From the IMG/VR virus record IMGVR_UViG_3300027734_000054: a stretch of DNA of 64,000 bases. One strand, 5' to 3'. The notes below the pieces were generated by a model. The model made no database searches. It saw nothing but the letters and a program-made list of their open reading frames with translations, and was not told the origin of the DNA. Source of the DNA: an uncultured virus (IMG/VR IMGVR_UViG_3300027734_000054). Lineage: Duplodnaviria; Heunggongvirae; Uroviricota; Caudoviricetes. Shown here in pieces: positions 1 to 12,312 of this stretch (positions within the stretch are counted from its first letter, which is position 1; the number at the start of each line of letters is the position of its first letter). Made by a program: the position numbers and the translations under genes.

Positions 1-1408
1 ATCCACTAGTTCCATCTATTCCACTTGTTCCTGATGATCCACTAGTTCCATCTATTCCACTTGTTCCTGATGATCCACTAGTTCCATCTATTCCACTTGT
101 TCCTGATGATCCACTAGTTCCATCTATCCCGCTAGTTCCAGAAGAACCACTGGTTCCATCTATTCCTGAAGTTCCTGATGATCCACTAGTTCCATCTATC
201 CCGCTAGTTCCAGAAGAACCACTGGTTCCATCTATTCCTGAAGTTCCTGATGATCCACTAGTTCCATCTATTCCACTTGTTCCTGATGATCCACTAGTTC
301 CATCTATTCCACTTGTTCCTGATGATCCTGAAGTTCCTGAGCTACCACTAGTTCCTGCCGATCCGGACGATCCAGATGATCCCGAAGTTCCGTCCACTCC
401 ACTTGTTCCAGATGATCCGCTTGTTCCAGATGATCCACTAGTTCCAGATGATCCTGAACTACCACTAGTTCCTGAAGATCCGTCTACACCACTAGATCCT
501 GATGTTCCCGAAGAACCTGATGTTCCTGATGATCCACTAGATCCTGATGATCCTGATGTTCCACTTGATCCTGATGATCCTGATGTTCCACTTGATCCTG
601 ATGTTCCTGAAGATCCAGATGTTCCACTAGATCCTGATGTTCCTGATGTTCCACTTGATCCTGATGAACCACTTGATCCTGATGTTCCACTTGATCCTGA
701 TGTTCCTGAAGATCCACTTGATCCTGATGTTCCACTTGATCCTGATGTTCCCGAAGTTCCATCTACTCCGCTCGTTCCAGATGATCCTGAAGTTCCAGAT
801 GATCCTGAAGTTCCTGAGCTACCACTAGTTCCAGATGATCCCGATGATCCCGAAGTTCCTGATGATCCGCTAGTTCCTGATGATCCTGAACTACCACTAG
901 TTCCTGACGATCCGTCTACACCACTTAGTCCTGATGTTCCTGATGATCCACTAGTTCCATCTATTCCACTAGTACCTGATGATCCACTAGTTCCATCTAT
1001 TCCGCTAGTTCCAGATGTCCCTGAAGATCCATCTATTCCGCTAGTACCTGAAGATCCATCTATTCCGCTAGTGCCAGATGTTCCAGAAGATCCATCTATT
1101 CCTGATGTTCCAGAAGATCCGTCTGTTCCTGATGTTCCAGAAGATCCATCGGATCCCGAAGTTCCTGATGTCCCTGAAGATCCATCTATTCCGCTAGTAC
1201 CTGAAGATCCATCTATTCCGCTAGTACCAGATGTTCCAGAAGATCCATCTATTCCTGATGTTCCAGAAGATCCGTCTGTTCCTGATGTTCCAGAAGATCC
1301 GTCTGTTCCAGATGTTCCAGAAGATCCATCGGATCCCGAAGTTCCTGATGTCCCTGAAGATCCTGACGAACCAGATGAACCTGAAGTTCCGCTTGATCCA
1401 TTTTTCCC
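1..1408 (-). repeat. Coding tandem repeat with 9-nt period (Gly-X-Y), higher-order 27/36-nt units
   Basis: Repeated units such as ccactagttccatctattccacttgttcctgatgat encode GTS-GSS-GTS-GID on the minus strand. Confidence 0.9.
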
Positions 1409-2707
1409 GTTTATAATATAAGAAATAGAACATTCATCTAAATTGCCTAATGTTCCGGAACCACTAACAAAATTTAATGAAAAATCATAAAGAACTGGTC
1501 CGCCTGTAATAGAAGATATTTCATAAATAGCAATTATTGAAGGATTTCCAACTTTAGCTATCTGTAATATTGCTGTATATCCAGAGGTTAAACTATTTTT
1601 TAATGAATTAAGCCAGCTGTAATAAGAAGAACCATTAGAAGCTGTTGAATTAATAGATAATTTTTGAACAAGTGTTAAATTTGAATTATCTAATAAAAAT
1701 AAACCAGTACCTCCGGGATTACTCCAAGCAGTATTTGTACTGTTAAATAGCCATCTTCCGCTATTAGCGCCATCGTTACCTGAAAGACCCGATGATCCAG
1801 AGCTTCCACTAGTACCGTTACTTCCTGACGTTCCAGATGCTGATCCTTGTGCAGGATACAAATAGGAAGCCGTATAGTCATTTATTTTAATATAGACAGG
1901 TACAACACCAACTGCGGGTTTAACGTTCGTTACAAATGACGGTGAAGCGCTAGAATCAAAGTATAATACCTCTCCTATAGAGCCAGGAAGTAAAAAATCC
2001 GTTGTTACTATTCTACCAAAGGGTCTAACTGTTATATTTCCTTGTTCCGGCTCGTTTAATGAAGTAATAACACCAAAAGCTCTCTCTACTTCAACTGCAT
2101 TTGTTGTATCAACTAATGTAAAAACTCCATAAGAATCTAAATAAACTACTTCACCTACAGAGTTAATACTATATGATGGGTTTGGTGAATAAAATGTAGT
2201 ATAACTAGCTTTAAGTATATTTCTATATTGAAATCTTGCTAAAGCATCATCTATCCAATATCCAGAATCATCTAAATTAGGCGCTAAAGCAGTTGCAATT
2301 AAAGCTGTAATAGGAGCTCCGTCTTCAGAAACCTCAAAACTTACACCATTTATTCCTTCTACTGGATAATTATTACCTGTTGCTGTATAATCACTTACTA
2401 AATTATAAAGATCTATATCTTTTAATGTTACAGTTGCCTCGAAATCGCTAGATGAAGAAATCCCAGTGATGAGATAAGCATTTCCGTTGGGCTGTAAAAT
2501 AAACATTCCAACTTTAAGGTCGTTTCCGTTTATGTTGAAATTTGGCTCTTGTGAAGTTGGTGTGGGGATTATATCTAAAATACAATCAAAAGATGAAGGA
2601 TAATTGTCCCACACACTTGCATTATTTTCATATAAGCTACTAACTATAACTGATCCCGGCCTTACGGAAGCGATCATTGTTATAGGTAGTTCTGGTATTT
2701 GGGCCAT
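1..2707 (-). CDS. Large G-X-Y repeat (GTS/GSS/GID) fibre-like virion protein, runs off the window start (partial)
   Basis: ATG at 2707 (MAQIPELPITMIAS...). The frame matches the GTSGSSGTSGID repeats at position 1. Absent from the ORF track, presumably because it has no stop in the window. Confidence 0.85.
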   Translation of the reverse strand, partial: MAQIPELPITMIASVRPGSVIVSSLYENNASVWDNYPSSFDCILDIIPTPTSQEPNFNINGNDLKVGMFILQPNGNAYLITGISSSSDFEATVTLKDIDLYNLVSDYTATGNNYPVEGINGVSFEVSEDGAPITALIATALAPNLDDSGYWIDDALARFQYRNILKASYTTFYSPNPSYSINSVGEVVYLDSYGVFTLVDTTNAVEVERAFGVITSLNEPEQGNITVRPFGRIVTTDFLLPGSIGEVLYFDSSASPSFVTNVKPAVGVVPVYIKINDYTASYLYPAQGSASGTSGSNGTSGSSGSSGLSGNDGANSGRWLFNSTNTAWSNPGGTGLFLLDNSNLTLVQKLSINSTASNGSSYYSWLNSLKNSLTSGYTAILQIAKVGNPSIIAIYEISSITGGPVLYDFSLNFVSGSGTLGNLDECSISYIINGKNGSSGTSGSSGSSGSSGTSGTSGSDGSSGTSGTDGSSGTSGTDGSSGTSGIDGSSGTSGTSGIDGSSGTSGIDGSSGTSGTSGSDGSSGTSGTDGSSGTSGIDGSSGTSGTSGIDGSSGTSGIDGSSGTSGTSGIDGTSGSSGTSGIDGTSGSSGTSGLSGVDGSSGTSGSSGSSGTSGSSGTSGSSGSSGTSGSSGTSGSSGTSGSSGTSGVDGTSGTSGSSGTSGSSGSSGTSGSSGTSGSSGSSGSSGTSGTSGSSGTSGSSGTSGSSGTSGSSGSSGTSGSSGSSGSSGTSGSSGTSGSSGVDGSSGTSGSSGSSGTSGSSGTSGSSGTSGVDGTSGSSGSSGSAGTSGSSGTSGSSGTSGIDGTSGSSGTSGIDGTSGSSGTSGIDGTSGSSGTSGIDGTSGSSGTSGIDGTSGSSGTSGIDGTSGSSGTSGIDGTSGSSGTSGIDGTSGSSGTSGIDGTSG

Positions 2708-2775
2708 TTAATTTAATTTTATCTTATTTTATCATTAGTATTTATCTCTAAAAAATATTATCCTCTAATGAAAAA

Positions 2776-5301
<2,526 letters not shown>

Positions 5302-5349
5302 TCCGGACTATTTTGTTTATTTATATATCCGGACTTAGGAATATGAATC

Positions 5350-5751
5350 CTAACTGAGCAGAGTTTCTATCTCTTTATAGAATTGTTTGAATTTAGATGG
5401 GAAAAAATCTTTCATTTCTTGTATTTCCCTATTCGATATTTGATATTTTTCTTTGATAAAATCTAATATTTCCTCCTTATAATTATCTTGCGATTTTTCC
5501 TTCTCTTTCTTTATAGTTTTAGTCCAAATCCAAGATGGAGTTTTTTTATTATGATGTGTTACGAACACTTTCCAGAAATCCACTACTTTTTCAGGTTGGA
5601 TTTTAATATTATTGAAAGAATTAGCCTGTAATGGATATGCAATAGAGCATGTTCGATTAATCATAAAGAGATTTCTTGCTTTATCTCTATCTCTTACCTT
5701 CCCCCAACTCTTCGTGTGAAAAGATTTAATTATTTCGAAAGGATTATCCAT
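5350..5751 (-). CDS. Probable clamp loader small subunit (T4 gp62-like)
   Basis: PFEII..FMINR..WIWTK..ILDFIKEKY pattern, size, and proximity to the clamp loader large subunit. Confidence 0.6.
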   Translation of the reverse strand: MDNPFEIIKSFHTKSWGKVRDRDKARNLFMINRTCSIAYPLQANSFNNIKIQPEKVVDFWKVFVTHHNKKTPSWIWTKTIKKEKEKSQDNYKEEILDFIKEKYQISNREIQEMKDFFPSKFKQFYKEIETLLS

Positions 5752-6881
5752 TATTTAAAAAGATCAAAAGGATCGAATCCTCTAGGTGGAGTAGTATCTT
5801 TATACCATGGTGATTTTTCGATCATTATTTTTTTATCAATTAAAACTGGAGATTTTTCTTTAGCATTAAGTTCTATAACGTGATTTTTTAATCCTTCCAC
5901 CATGTTATGTGGTATAGATTCAGAATTAAGCCAAACTAATCTTGCATTCTCTTCGTAGAACTGCTTGAATAAATCTCTGTTTTCTTTATTGTCTGTTTGA
6001 GATATAAGTCTGAGAGAAAGACCTGCTAGCCAACCTAGAAAATCTTCATTCTGCCATATATCTTCCAATTTATATTCCGCCCAGGGTGATTGTTGATATA
6101 AATCCCATATTTTTTGTGATTTTCCCTCTGCAATATTTGAATTCTTACCATTCTTGGTTTGGTAAGGAAAAACACCAGGTACATCGTCTTTTTTATCTCC
6201 CATTAGTATTTTCTTAAAAATAAATTCTTTCGTATCTATTTTTTCCACAATACAAGAGGATACAAGTTTTTCTATTTTTGAATTATTAGATCCCGATACT
6301 GGAGTAACATCAAATATAGTTGGCTGTTTTTTATCTTCTATACTCCAATCGTTGTGTACTACGAGTTTATTGTTTTTAGAATTGCTATTCCAGATCCCAG
6401 TCCAAGTTTTACCATTATATTCAACCAGCTGGTTCATATCCTTATCACCGCTAAGAACTATAACACAGTCATCTGAATCTTTTAAATAATCACACCATGC
6501 CCAAATTAAGTCGTCGCCCTCTGCTCCTTGATAAGAACTATAGATAAAACCGTTTTCTTCTAAGAAATCTCCAAACTCGTCCATGAGCTTAAAAAAAGAT
6601 CCCCAGTCAACTCCTTCACTCTTAACCCTGCTTTCTTTATAGACACTACGGGTTATTTTATAATCTTTTCTCCAAGATCTTGAATCTTTACAAAAGATTA
6701 TTTGATTAATTTCTGGTATTTGATTTAATGAATAACATAAATCTGTTATCACCTTTCTCATAAACATATTTCTCTCCGCCTCTGATGATAATACATCACC
6801 TGGATTTTTACTTCCAAAACCCGAGAATATTCCAAAGGTCTTATGGAAAATATAGTTGCCATCACACAGGACAGTTATCAT
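5751..6881 (-). CDS. rnh: 5'-3' exonuclease / T4 RNase H-like flap nuclease
   Basis: DGNY, SWRK..YK..R, EGDDLI, SGDKD and GDKKDDVPG motifs. Confidence 0.9.
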   Translation of the reverse strand: MITVLCDGNYIFHKTFGIFSGFGSKNPGDVLSSEAERNMFMRKVITDLCYSLNQIPEINQIIFCKDSRSWRKDYKITRSVYKESRVKSEGVDWGSFFKLMDEFGDFLEENGFIYSSYQGAEGDDLIWAWCDYLKDSDDCVIVLSGDKDMNQLVEYNGKTWTGIWNSNSKNNKLVVHNDWSIEDKKQPTIFDVTPVSGSNNSKIEKLVSSCIVEKIDTKEFIFKKILMGDKKDDVPGVFPYQTKNGKNSNIAEGKSQKIWDLYQQSPWAEYKLEDIWQNEDFLGWLAGLSLRLISQTDNKENRDLFKQFYEENARLVWLNSESIPHNMVEGLKNHVIELNAKEKSPVLIDKKIMIEKSPWYKDTTPPRGFDPFDLFK

Positions 6882-6929
6882 GGGAATTACTTTTTGTATT
6901 ATAGATATATAAACATATTATGTTTCGGT

Positions 6930-7769
6930 ATGAATGAATACTACGTTTATGTTTATTTAGATCCAAGAAAAAATGGAAAATACCAATATGATGATCTATT
7001 TTTTGAATTTGAGCCTTTTTATGTCGGTAAGGGAACTAGACATAGATGTTTTAGTGGTATAAGAGATAAAAAAAAATCTTATAAAGTAACTAAAATATCA
7101 TCAATAATAAAATCTGGTAGATTTCCGATAATTCTTAAAATTTACGAAGGTCTTACAAATATTGAATCGTGTGAAAAGGAGATTGAAACAATAATAAAAA
7201 TAGGAAGAAAGGATAAAAATCTAGGTCCACTTACTAATATGACCGATGGTGGAACTGGCGGAACTGGACTAAAACATAAACCTGAATGGAAAAAAGTACT
7301 CAGTAAACCTGTTGTACAAATAAAAGATGGTTTAGAAATTATAGAATATAATTCTGTAAAAGAGGCTTCAGAAAAAACAGGAATAATAAAGCAAAATATT
7401 TCTTCCGCTTTAACAGGAAGATATAAAACTGCAGGAGGATTCCAATGGAGATATAAAAACGAATCTGATAAATTACAGGGGCATTTAAAAAATAAGTTTA
7501 AAATGCCTAACCATTCGGAAGAAACCAGAATGAAAATGTCCTTATCTGCTAAAAGAGGCGATGATCATCATATGAAGAAAAAAACAGGAAAGAATAACCC
7601 AAGGGCTAGAAAGGTTAATCAGAAATCAATTAATGGCGATCTAATTAAAACATGGGATTCTTTTCAGGATATAAAAATGGAACTGGGATTCAGTCCCTCG
7701 AATATATGTAGATGTTGTAAGGGGGAAGTTAAAAGAATCGGTGGATTTCTTTGGGAATATAATGATTAA
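6930..7769 (+). mobile_element. Free-standing GIY-YIG homing endonuclease with NUMOD DNA-binding repeats
   Basis: YYVYVYLDPR..FYVGKG..R and LTNMTDGG, plus NUMOD3 (HSEETRMKMS) and NUMOD1-like repeats. Inserted opposite to its neighbours. ATG at 6930 preferred because it follows a GATATATA motif. Confidence 0.85.
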
Positions 7770-8236
7770 AAATTTTCATTGGTTATCATTATATCATAAT
7801 CGGAAAAATCAAAAAAATCCTTCCTGTCGGCAATTAATCTTCTCTCCACATTGTCAGCATCATTTCTTTCTCGTAATCTTTTAACCCTAACATCCTCTTC
7901 GGGATTCAAATAGATAACAAAAGAATCATTTCTAAAATCACTTGGCAAGCTTCTAAGACCGGCAGGACTAAGGATAAAAAGATTCTTTATTGAAAATTCT
8001 CCTTTTGATATTCCATACTTCCACCCATTAAATTCCTGTAATTCTAGGAATAGATCTGAATTTAATGAGAAAAAATCCTCGTCTCTATAATAATAATCGA
8101 CACCTTCTTCTTCACCTTCCCTAGGTGGTCTACTTGTAAAAGAAACCCCGTATTCAAATCCTCTGCTGACCATTTTTTTTCTTAAGTAATCCTTTCCTGA
8201 TCCACCAGGGCCAACTATTATAATTTTGCCTCTCAT
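7766..8236 (-). CDS. gmk: Guanylate kinase-like protein
   Basis: GPGGSGK P-loop, TSRPPREGEEEGVDYY, and YG motif. Confidence 0.88.
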   Translation of the reverse strand: MRGKIIIVGPGGSGKDYLRKKMVSRGFEYGVSFTSRPPREGEEEGVDYYYRDEDFFSLNSDLFLELQEFNGWKYGISKGEFSIKNLFILSPAGLRSLPSDFRNDSFVIYLNPEEDVRVKRLRERNDADNVERRLIADRKDFFDFSDYDIMITNENF

Positions 8237-8303
8237 AATATTATTTTTTGTATAGTATACTACGCATTAGCAATGAATCCAAGCATAATGCCTAGTATAA
8301 TGG

Positions 8304-9251
8304 TCATTTATTAAACATCTGCTGTAATTCGAAAATCAAAGCCAAAAGACTGACTATAGGATCGATTACTTGACTTCTTTGAGATTGATACTTAGCAACA
8401 GTAATTATAGTTACTGGGATAAGATTTAATTTAGATGGATTTTTTTCTTCCAACCATTTAATAAAGTCAGAACTCAAAGAAGCCATAACTTCATCCACTC
8501 TTCCTGAATATTGTCCAACAATATATTGGTAATTACTAATACTGTCAGGTTTAGAAAGAATCATACTGAAAATAGACTCGTGGTCGAAAGTTATTTCGTT
8601 GATTTTACTTTCAGTTAGATCTGTTACCCCATCAATCTGCCATCTTTGAATTGTATTCAATGCAGATCTCATATCTGGGAAATATTTCTTAGAAAAAAGA
8701 TCTAAGCTTTTTTCATCATGATTTATTTCCATTAACGAAAGTATTTTAGAAACCCTTTCCTGCCATTCAATCTTTATTTCGTTTTCCTCTTCTTTATTTA
8801 CAGGATCAAAGTCATACACCTCGAATCTAGATTTAATAGCATCTGGGATCTTGCTTAAATAGTTGCACGTGGCAACAAATCTTGTTGTCTTAGCATATTT
8901 CTCAATTGTGCCTCTTAAAGCCTTGTAGAACTGCTCTGATGCACCATCAAACTCATCTAGTACAACAATCTTAATGTGATTTTCTCCATCAAGAATAGAA
9001 ACTGTAGAACAGAAGTCGTGTACTTTAGTTCTGATTGTCTCAACCGAGCTCTCGTCAGATACGTTTATAAAAATATATGGGTGATTCTTTATTAGAATTT
9101 TAGCCATACTGGTCTTACCTGATCCAGGGGATCCTGAAAGTAAGACATTTTGTTGTAATCCATTTTCGAAAGATCCCTTGATCCTTTGTGGAAGGATCAT
9201 ATGTTTTAATTCCTTTGGCCTTAATTTTTCTGTTAATAATTCTTGTATCAT
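8304..9251 (-). CDS. Clamp loader large subunit (gp44/RFC-like AAA+)
   Basis: EKLRP, GSPGSGKT, LDEFD, SRF and DMR motifs. Confidence 0.92.
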   Translation of the reverse strand: MIQELLTEKLRPKELKHMILPQRIKGSFENGLQQNVLLSGSPGSGKTSMAKILIKNHPYIFINVSDESSVETIRTKVHDFCSTVSILDGENHIKIVVLDEFDGASEQFYKALRGTIEKYAKTTRFVATCNYLSKIPDAIKSRFEVYDFDPVNKEEENEIKIEWQERVSKILSLMEINHDEKSLDLFSKKYFPDMRSALNTIQRWQIDGVTDLTESKINEITFDHESIFSMILSKPDSISNYQYIVGQYSGRVDEVMASLSSDFIKWLEEKNPSKLNLIPVTIITVAKYQSQRSQVIDPIVSLLALIFELQQMFNK

Positions 9252-10576
9252 TTACATTTATCTTTTAAATCGTCCGCAAAATCTTTATCGTTTCTTATCT
9301 CTACAAATCTAGGTAAAAATAATGACCAGTTTCCGTTCTTGTCACTTATTATTACATTATACTGTACTGAACATATTTTGTTCACGTGTGAATCCGGATT
9401 TTCACTTAATTCTTTTAAATCTCGATCTGTGAATCCTGATCCGATTTTCACTTTTAAAGTTCCAGATTTATCTTCGCAAATAAATCCTCCAATGAACCCT
9501 TCTCTCTTTCCTTCCCCGGGATACCAGCCAGTAATTGTAAGATCGCATTCATTTACTTCTTTTAACTTGATCCAATTCTTAGATCTTTTACATTCGTAAA
9601 CGTGATCTGGATTTTTTAAAATTACACCCTCACCTCCTGCATCTACGATTTTCTTATAGTAAGCGTAGATGTCTTCTTTTTCTTTAGTTAAGAAAGAATC
9701 TGCTAGAGTGACCGAAGATGTCGTATACGTCTTAAAAACCCCCTCTAACGATTGTCTTCTAATATCAAAAGGAATAATGCCTTTGCCTGTTTTAAGAGTA
9801 TCTGTATCTTCTAAATCAAATACGTTAAATATAAGCTCGTCACCTATTGAATTCATAGGTTTTCCTTTTAGCATTTGATTAACTTTACCAGATACACTCT
9901 TTCTATCTAGATCTGTAAGCTCCCCGTCAAAAAACCAATCCCCTTGTAATTGTGAATTCTTAATCATGCCTAAACATTCTACTGCTATTTTTTCTAGGTA
10001 GTGATTTGGTATTTCATTAAATGCCCTTGTGTAGAATTTAACTTCCTTACCAGAAACGAATGCAATTACTCTAACACCATCGTATTTTTCTTCGCATATT
10101 ATTGAATCCCATTTTTTTATCTCGTCCTCGTCATCTTGTGCTAACATTAGACTAGGATCTGGTATAACTTCTTTACCGAAAGCTTTGTTGATTAGCTTAG
10201 CACCTATCCCTATGTTTAATCTTTTAGTAAGTATCTTTCCTAGAATCTTTCTTTCATCAAATGAAAGATCTATACAATTAACTAATTCAAATGCTTCCTC
10301 CCTAAATTTATCATTCGGTGCAGGAGCTATAAAAAGTCTTGACGTTAAATCCTTAAATTTTTCAAATGGATTGTAGTCATCATCGACTAAATATGGTGAC
10401 CCCTCTATTACATCAAGCTTATGTAACTTTGTTGTAAGAAATGGATCTAAGGCAACTTTTAGAAAATACTCCAAAATCGGAGAATAGTTATCCTTTATAA
10501 GGTCCTGTTTAATTTTTTGAGATCCGTTACCTGTCGACGATTCAATCTCTAATAAGATTCTGAGTTCTTTTTTCAT
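9248..10576 (-). CDS. ATP-dependent DNA ligase
   Basis: KYDGVR (motif I), DGEL, EGVILK, WIKLK and PRF motifs. Confidence 0.95.
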   Translation of the reverse strand: MKKELRILLEIESSTGNGSQKIKQDLIKDNYSPILEYFLKVALDPFLTTKLHKLDVIEGSPYLVDDDYNPFEKFKDLTSRLFIAPAPNDKFREEAFELVNCIDLSFDERKILGKILTKRLNIGIGAKLINKAFGKEVIPDPSLMLAQDDEDEIKKWDSIICEEKYDGVRVIAFVSGKEVKFYTRAFNEIPNHYLEKIAVECLGMIKNSQLQGDWFFDGELTDLDRKSVSGKVNQMLKGKPMNSIGDELIFNVFDLEDTDTLKTGKGIIPFDIRRQSLEGVFKTYTTSSVTLADSFLTKEKEDIYAYYKKIVDAGGEGVILKNPDHVYECKRSKNWIKLKEVNECDLTITGWYPGEGKREGFIGGFICEDKSGTLKVKIGSGFTDRDLKELSENPDSHVNKICSVQYNVIISDKNGNWSLFLPRFVEIRNDKDFADDLKDKCK

Positions 10577-10665
10577 TGGAAGATTTTAAGCAAATGTAGA
10601 AATTCCTACTTAATAATAAAAAGGATTCTATTATTATACTCTACTTAAAATGCTAAGTTCCGATA

Positions 10666-12309
10666 TTATGCCCCTTCTGCGGGTGCTTCACCTTCTGCTG
10701 GTGCTGCTTCTGCTGGTGCTGCTTCTGCTGGTGCTTCTGCTGGTGCTGCTCCGGTAGCTGCTCCTTGGCCCTCTTCCTTGTCCTTTTCTAGATATGTTCT
10801 ATTCATTTGGATATCATCATTAGGAAGTCCTAGCCATCTTTCAATAAGGAAATTCTGATCAAAATATTGTACCTCTTCGTCGTTAACTGTTTCTTTAATC
10901 TCCCCTAGTGAAGTTACAAAATCTATCTTCTTAATTAATTGTTCTATTTCTCTAGATTCACCGAATGTGTTATCGCTTTCAAACTTAATACCTATTTGGC
11001 TTCTAAATTCAGTATCATTTTTTAGGTGAGGAAATTCAAGACACATTTGAATCCATAATGGCTTAACCATTATTTCTTGGAATATTGATCTTAATCGTGT
11101 AATGAACTTAGAGAATCTAACCTCGTCTCTTTCTGCACCATCTGCAGCAGTATGGAATGTGTTGTTAGCACCTACACCAAATCGAGATGAGAACCTATTG
11201 TATGGGATTTTAGAATCTTGTCTTAGCTTATTGTAGAAATAAAGAACCGAATCCATTACGTTTAAGTTTGGACCTTGTGCATTTATAGTTTCAACTTTAA
11301 CCGAATCTCCTCCTTGTTGGGGAAATAGGTAATTCTTATAGAATTGTAAATCTGGTCTACCGTTAATAGCAAGCTCACCTGATGATGTATCTAGTTTAAT
11401 GTCCTCTTTATAAACAGACATAAGCTCTCCTAAAGTTTCTTTTGCCTTCTGTGGAGACTTACTACCAATAGGAACTGTCATCTTAATTCTGTACTGAGCA
11501 TTCATAACGTTCCAAATAATTCTGGAATGCTCCATGATCTTCAATAAGTTATAAGATCTAATAAGACGTTCAACGTAGGAAGTTCTAGAAACAGTATTTG
11601 CTTTAGCATAAGAGATATAAATAACCTGTGCATCTAGCAATCTTCTTTGTCTAGTAGTTTCTCCGTAATATTGCCACCATATAGTTTCTCTAGTCCCGTC
11701 AGCTTTTTTCTCTACTGCTGGAGTAAGACTTATAGCATCTAATTCTTTAAAACCTACGATTTCTTTACCGTCGCTAGAATATATTATTTCAAATGCTAAG
11801 AATCCTTCAACTAATAATTGTCTAAAGTATTGCCATCCAGTTAAACCGTTTGCAAAATTATGTAGTACGTATAATTTTCTAAAATTCTTTCTAAGAGCTT
11901 TTATTACATCATCCTGTAAATCCATACTAAGCATCGCATTGTGACAAAAGAAGTTCTTTTCATCGTATACTATGCCCTCATCACAAATAGTGTCTAAAAT
12001 GTATTCTACTTCAGCATTTAATGCAAATGTTCTTAAGAAGTCCCTTTTGAAAGGATAATCTTTATCAAAGTATGCAATGTATTTTCTATTTGTAGTATCC
12101 TGTGCAGCTATACTATAGATAAAGTCCTCATCATCAGCACTGAATCCAAATCTTTCTCTAAGATCAGCTTCGGATATACCAATAGCCATAGAGTCTTGAA
12201 TTACCATGTCTTTGTAATCCATACCAAATGATCCAAGTCCACTAATTGTTTTTAGTATTCTTGATACGTTTGGGTTAAATTTACCTATGTTATCTAAAAA
12301 TCCAGCCAT
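10666..12309 (-). CDS. Portal protein (T4 gp20-like), paralog 2
   Basis: IDTICDE-like motif, SYVERLIRSYNLLKIME, KIPYNRF and RDEVRFSKFITRLR. Confidence 0.88.
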   Translation of the reverse strand: MAGFLDNIGKFNPNVSRILKTISGLGSFGMDYKDMVIQDSMAIGISEADLRERFGFSADDEDFIYSIAAQDTTNRKYIAYFDKDYPFKRDFLRTFALNAEVEYILDTICDEGIVYDEKNFFCHNAMLSMDLQDDVIKALRKNFRKLYVLHNFANGLTGWQYFRQLLVEGFLAFEIIYSSDGKEIVGFKELDAISLTPAVEKKADGTRETIWWQYYGETTRQRRLLDAQVIYISYAKANTVSRTSYVERLIRSYNLLKIMEHSRIIWNVMNAQYRIKMTVPIGSKSPQKAKETLGELMSVYKEDIKLDTSSGELAINGRPDLQFYKNYLFPQQGGDSVKVETINAQGPNLNVMDSVLYFYNKLRQDSKIPYNRFSSRFGVGANNTFHTAADGAERDEVRFSKFITRLRSIFQEIMVKPLWIQMCLEFPHLKNDTEFRSQIGIKFESDNTFGESREIEQLIKKIDFVTSLGEIKETVNDEEVQYFDQNFLIERWLGLPNDDIQMNRTYLEKDKEEGQGAATGAAPAEAPAEAAPAEAAPAEGEAPAEGA

Positions 12310-12312
12310 TTT

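Noticed and set aside
1..1408. CRISPR array or non-coding satellite
   Set aside because: There are no unique spacers. Variation is concentrated at synonymous positions of an open Gly-X-Y reading frame.
484..1881. Short ORFs in the track (EHQDQV, PDVPED, MFLMF repeats)
   Set aside because: They are alternative-frame or antisense shadows of the GTS/GSS repeat gene.
6843..7769. Group I intron or intein around the GIY-YIG gene
   Set aside because: The flanking gmk and rnh genes look complete and the endonuclease is on the opposite strand, so it is free-standing.
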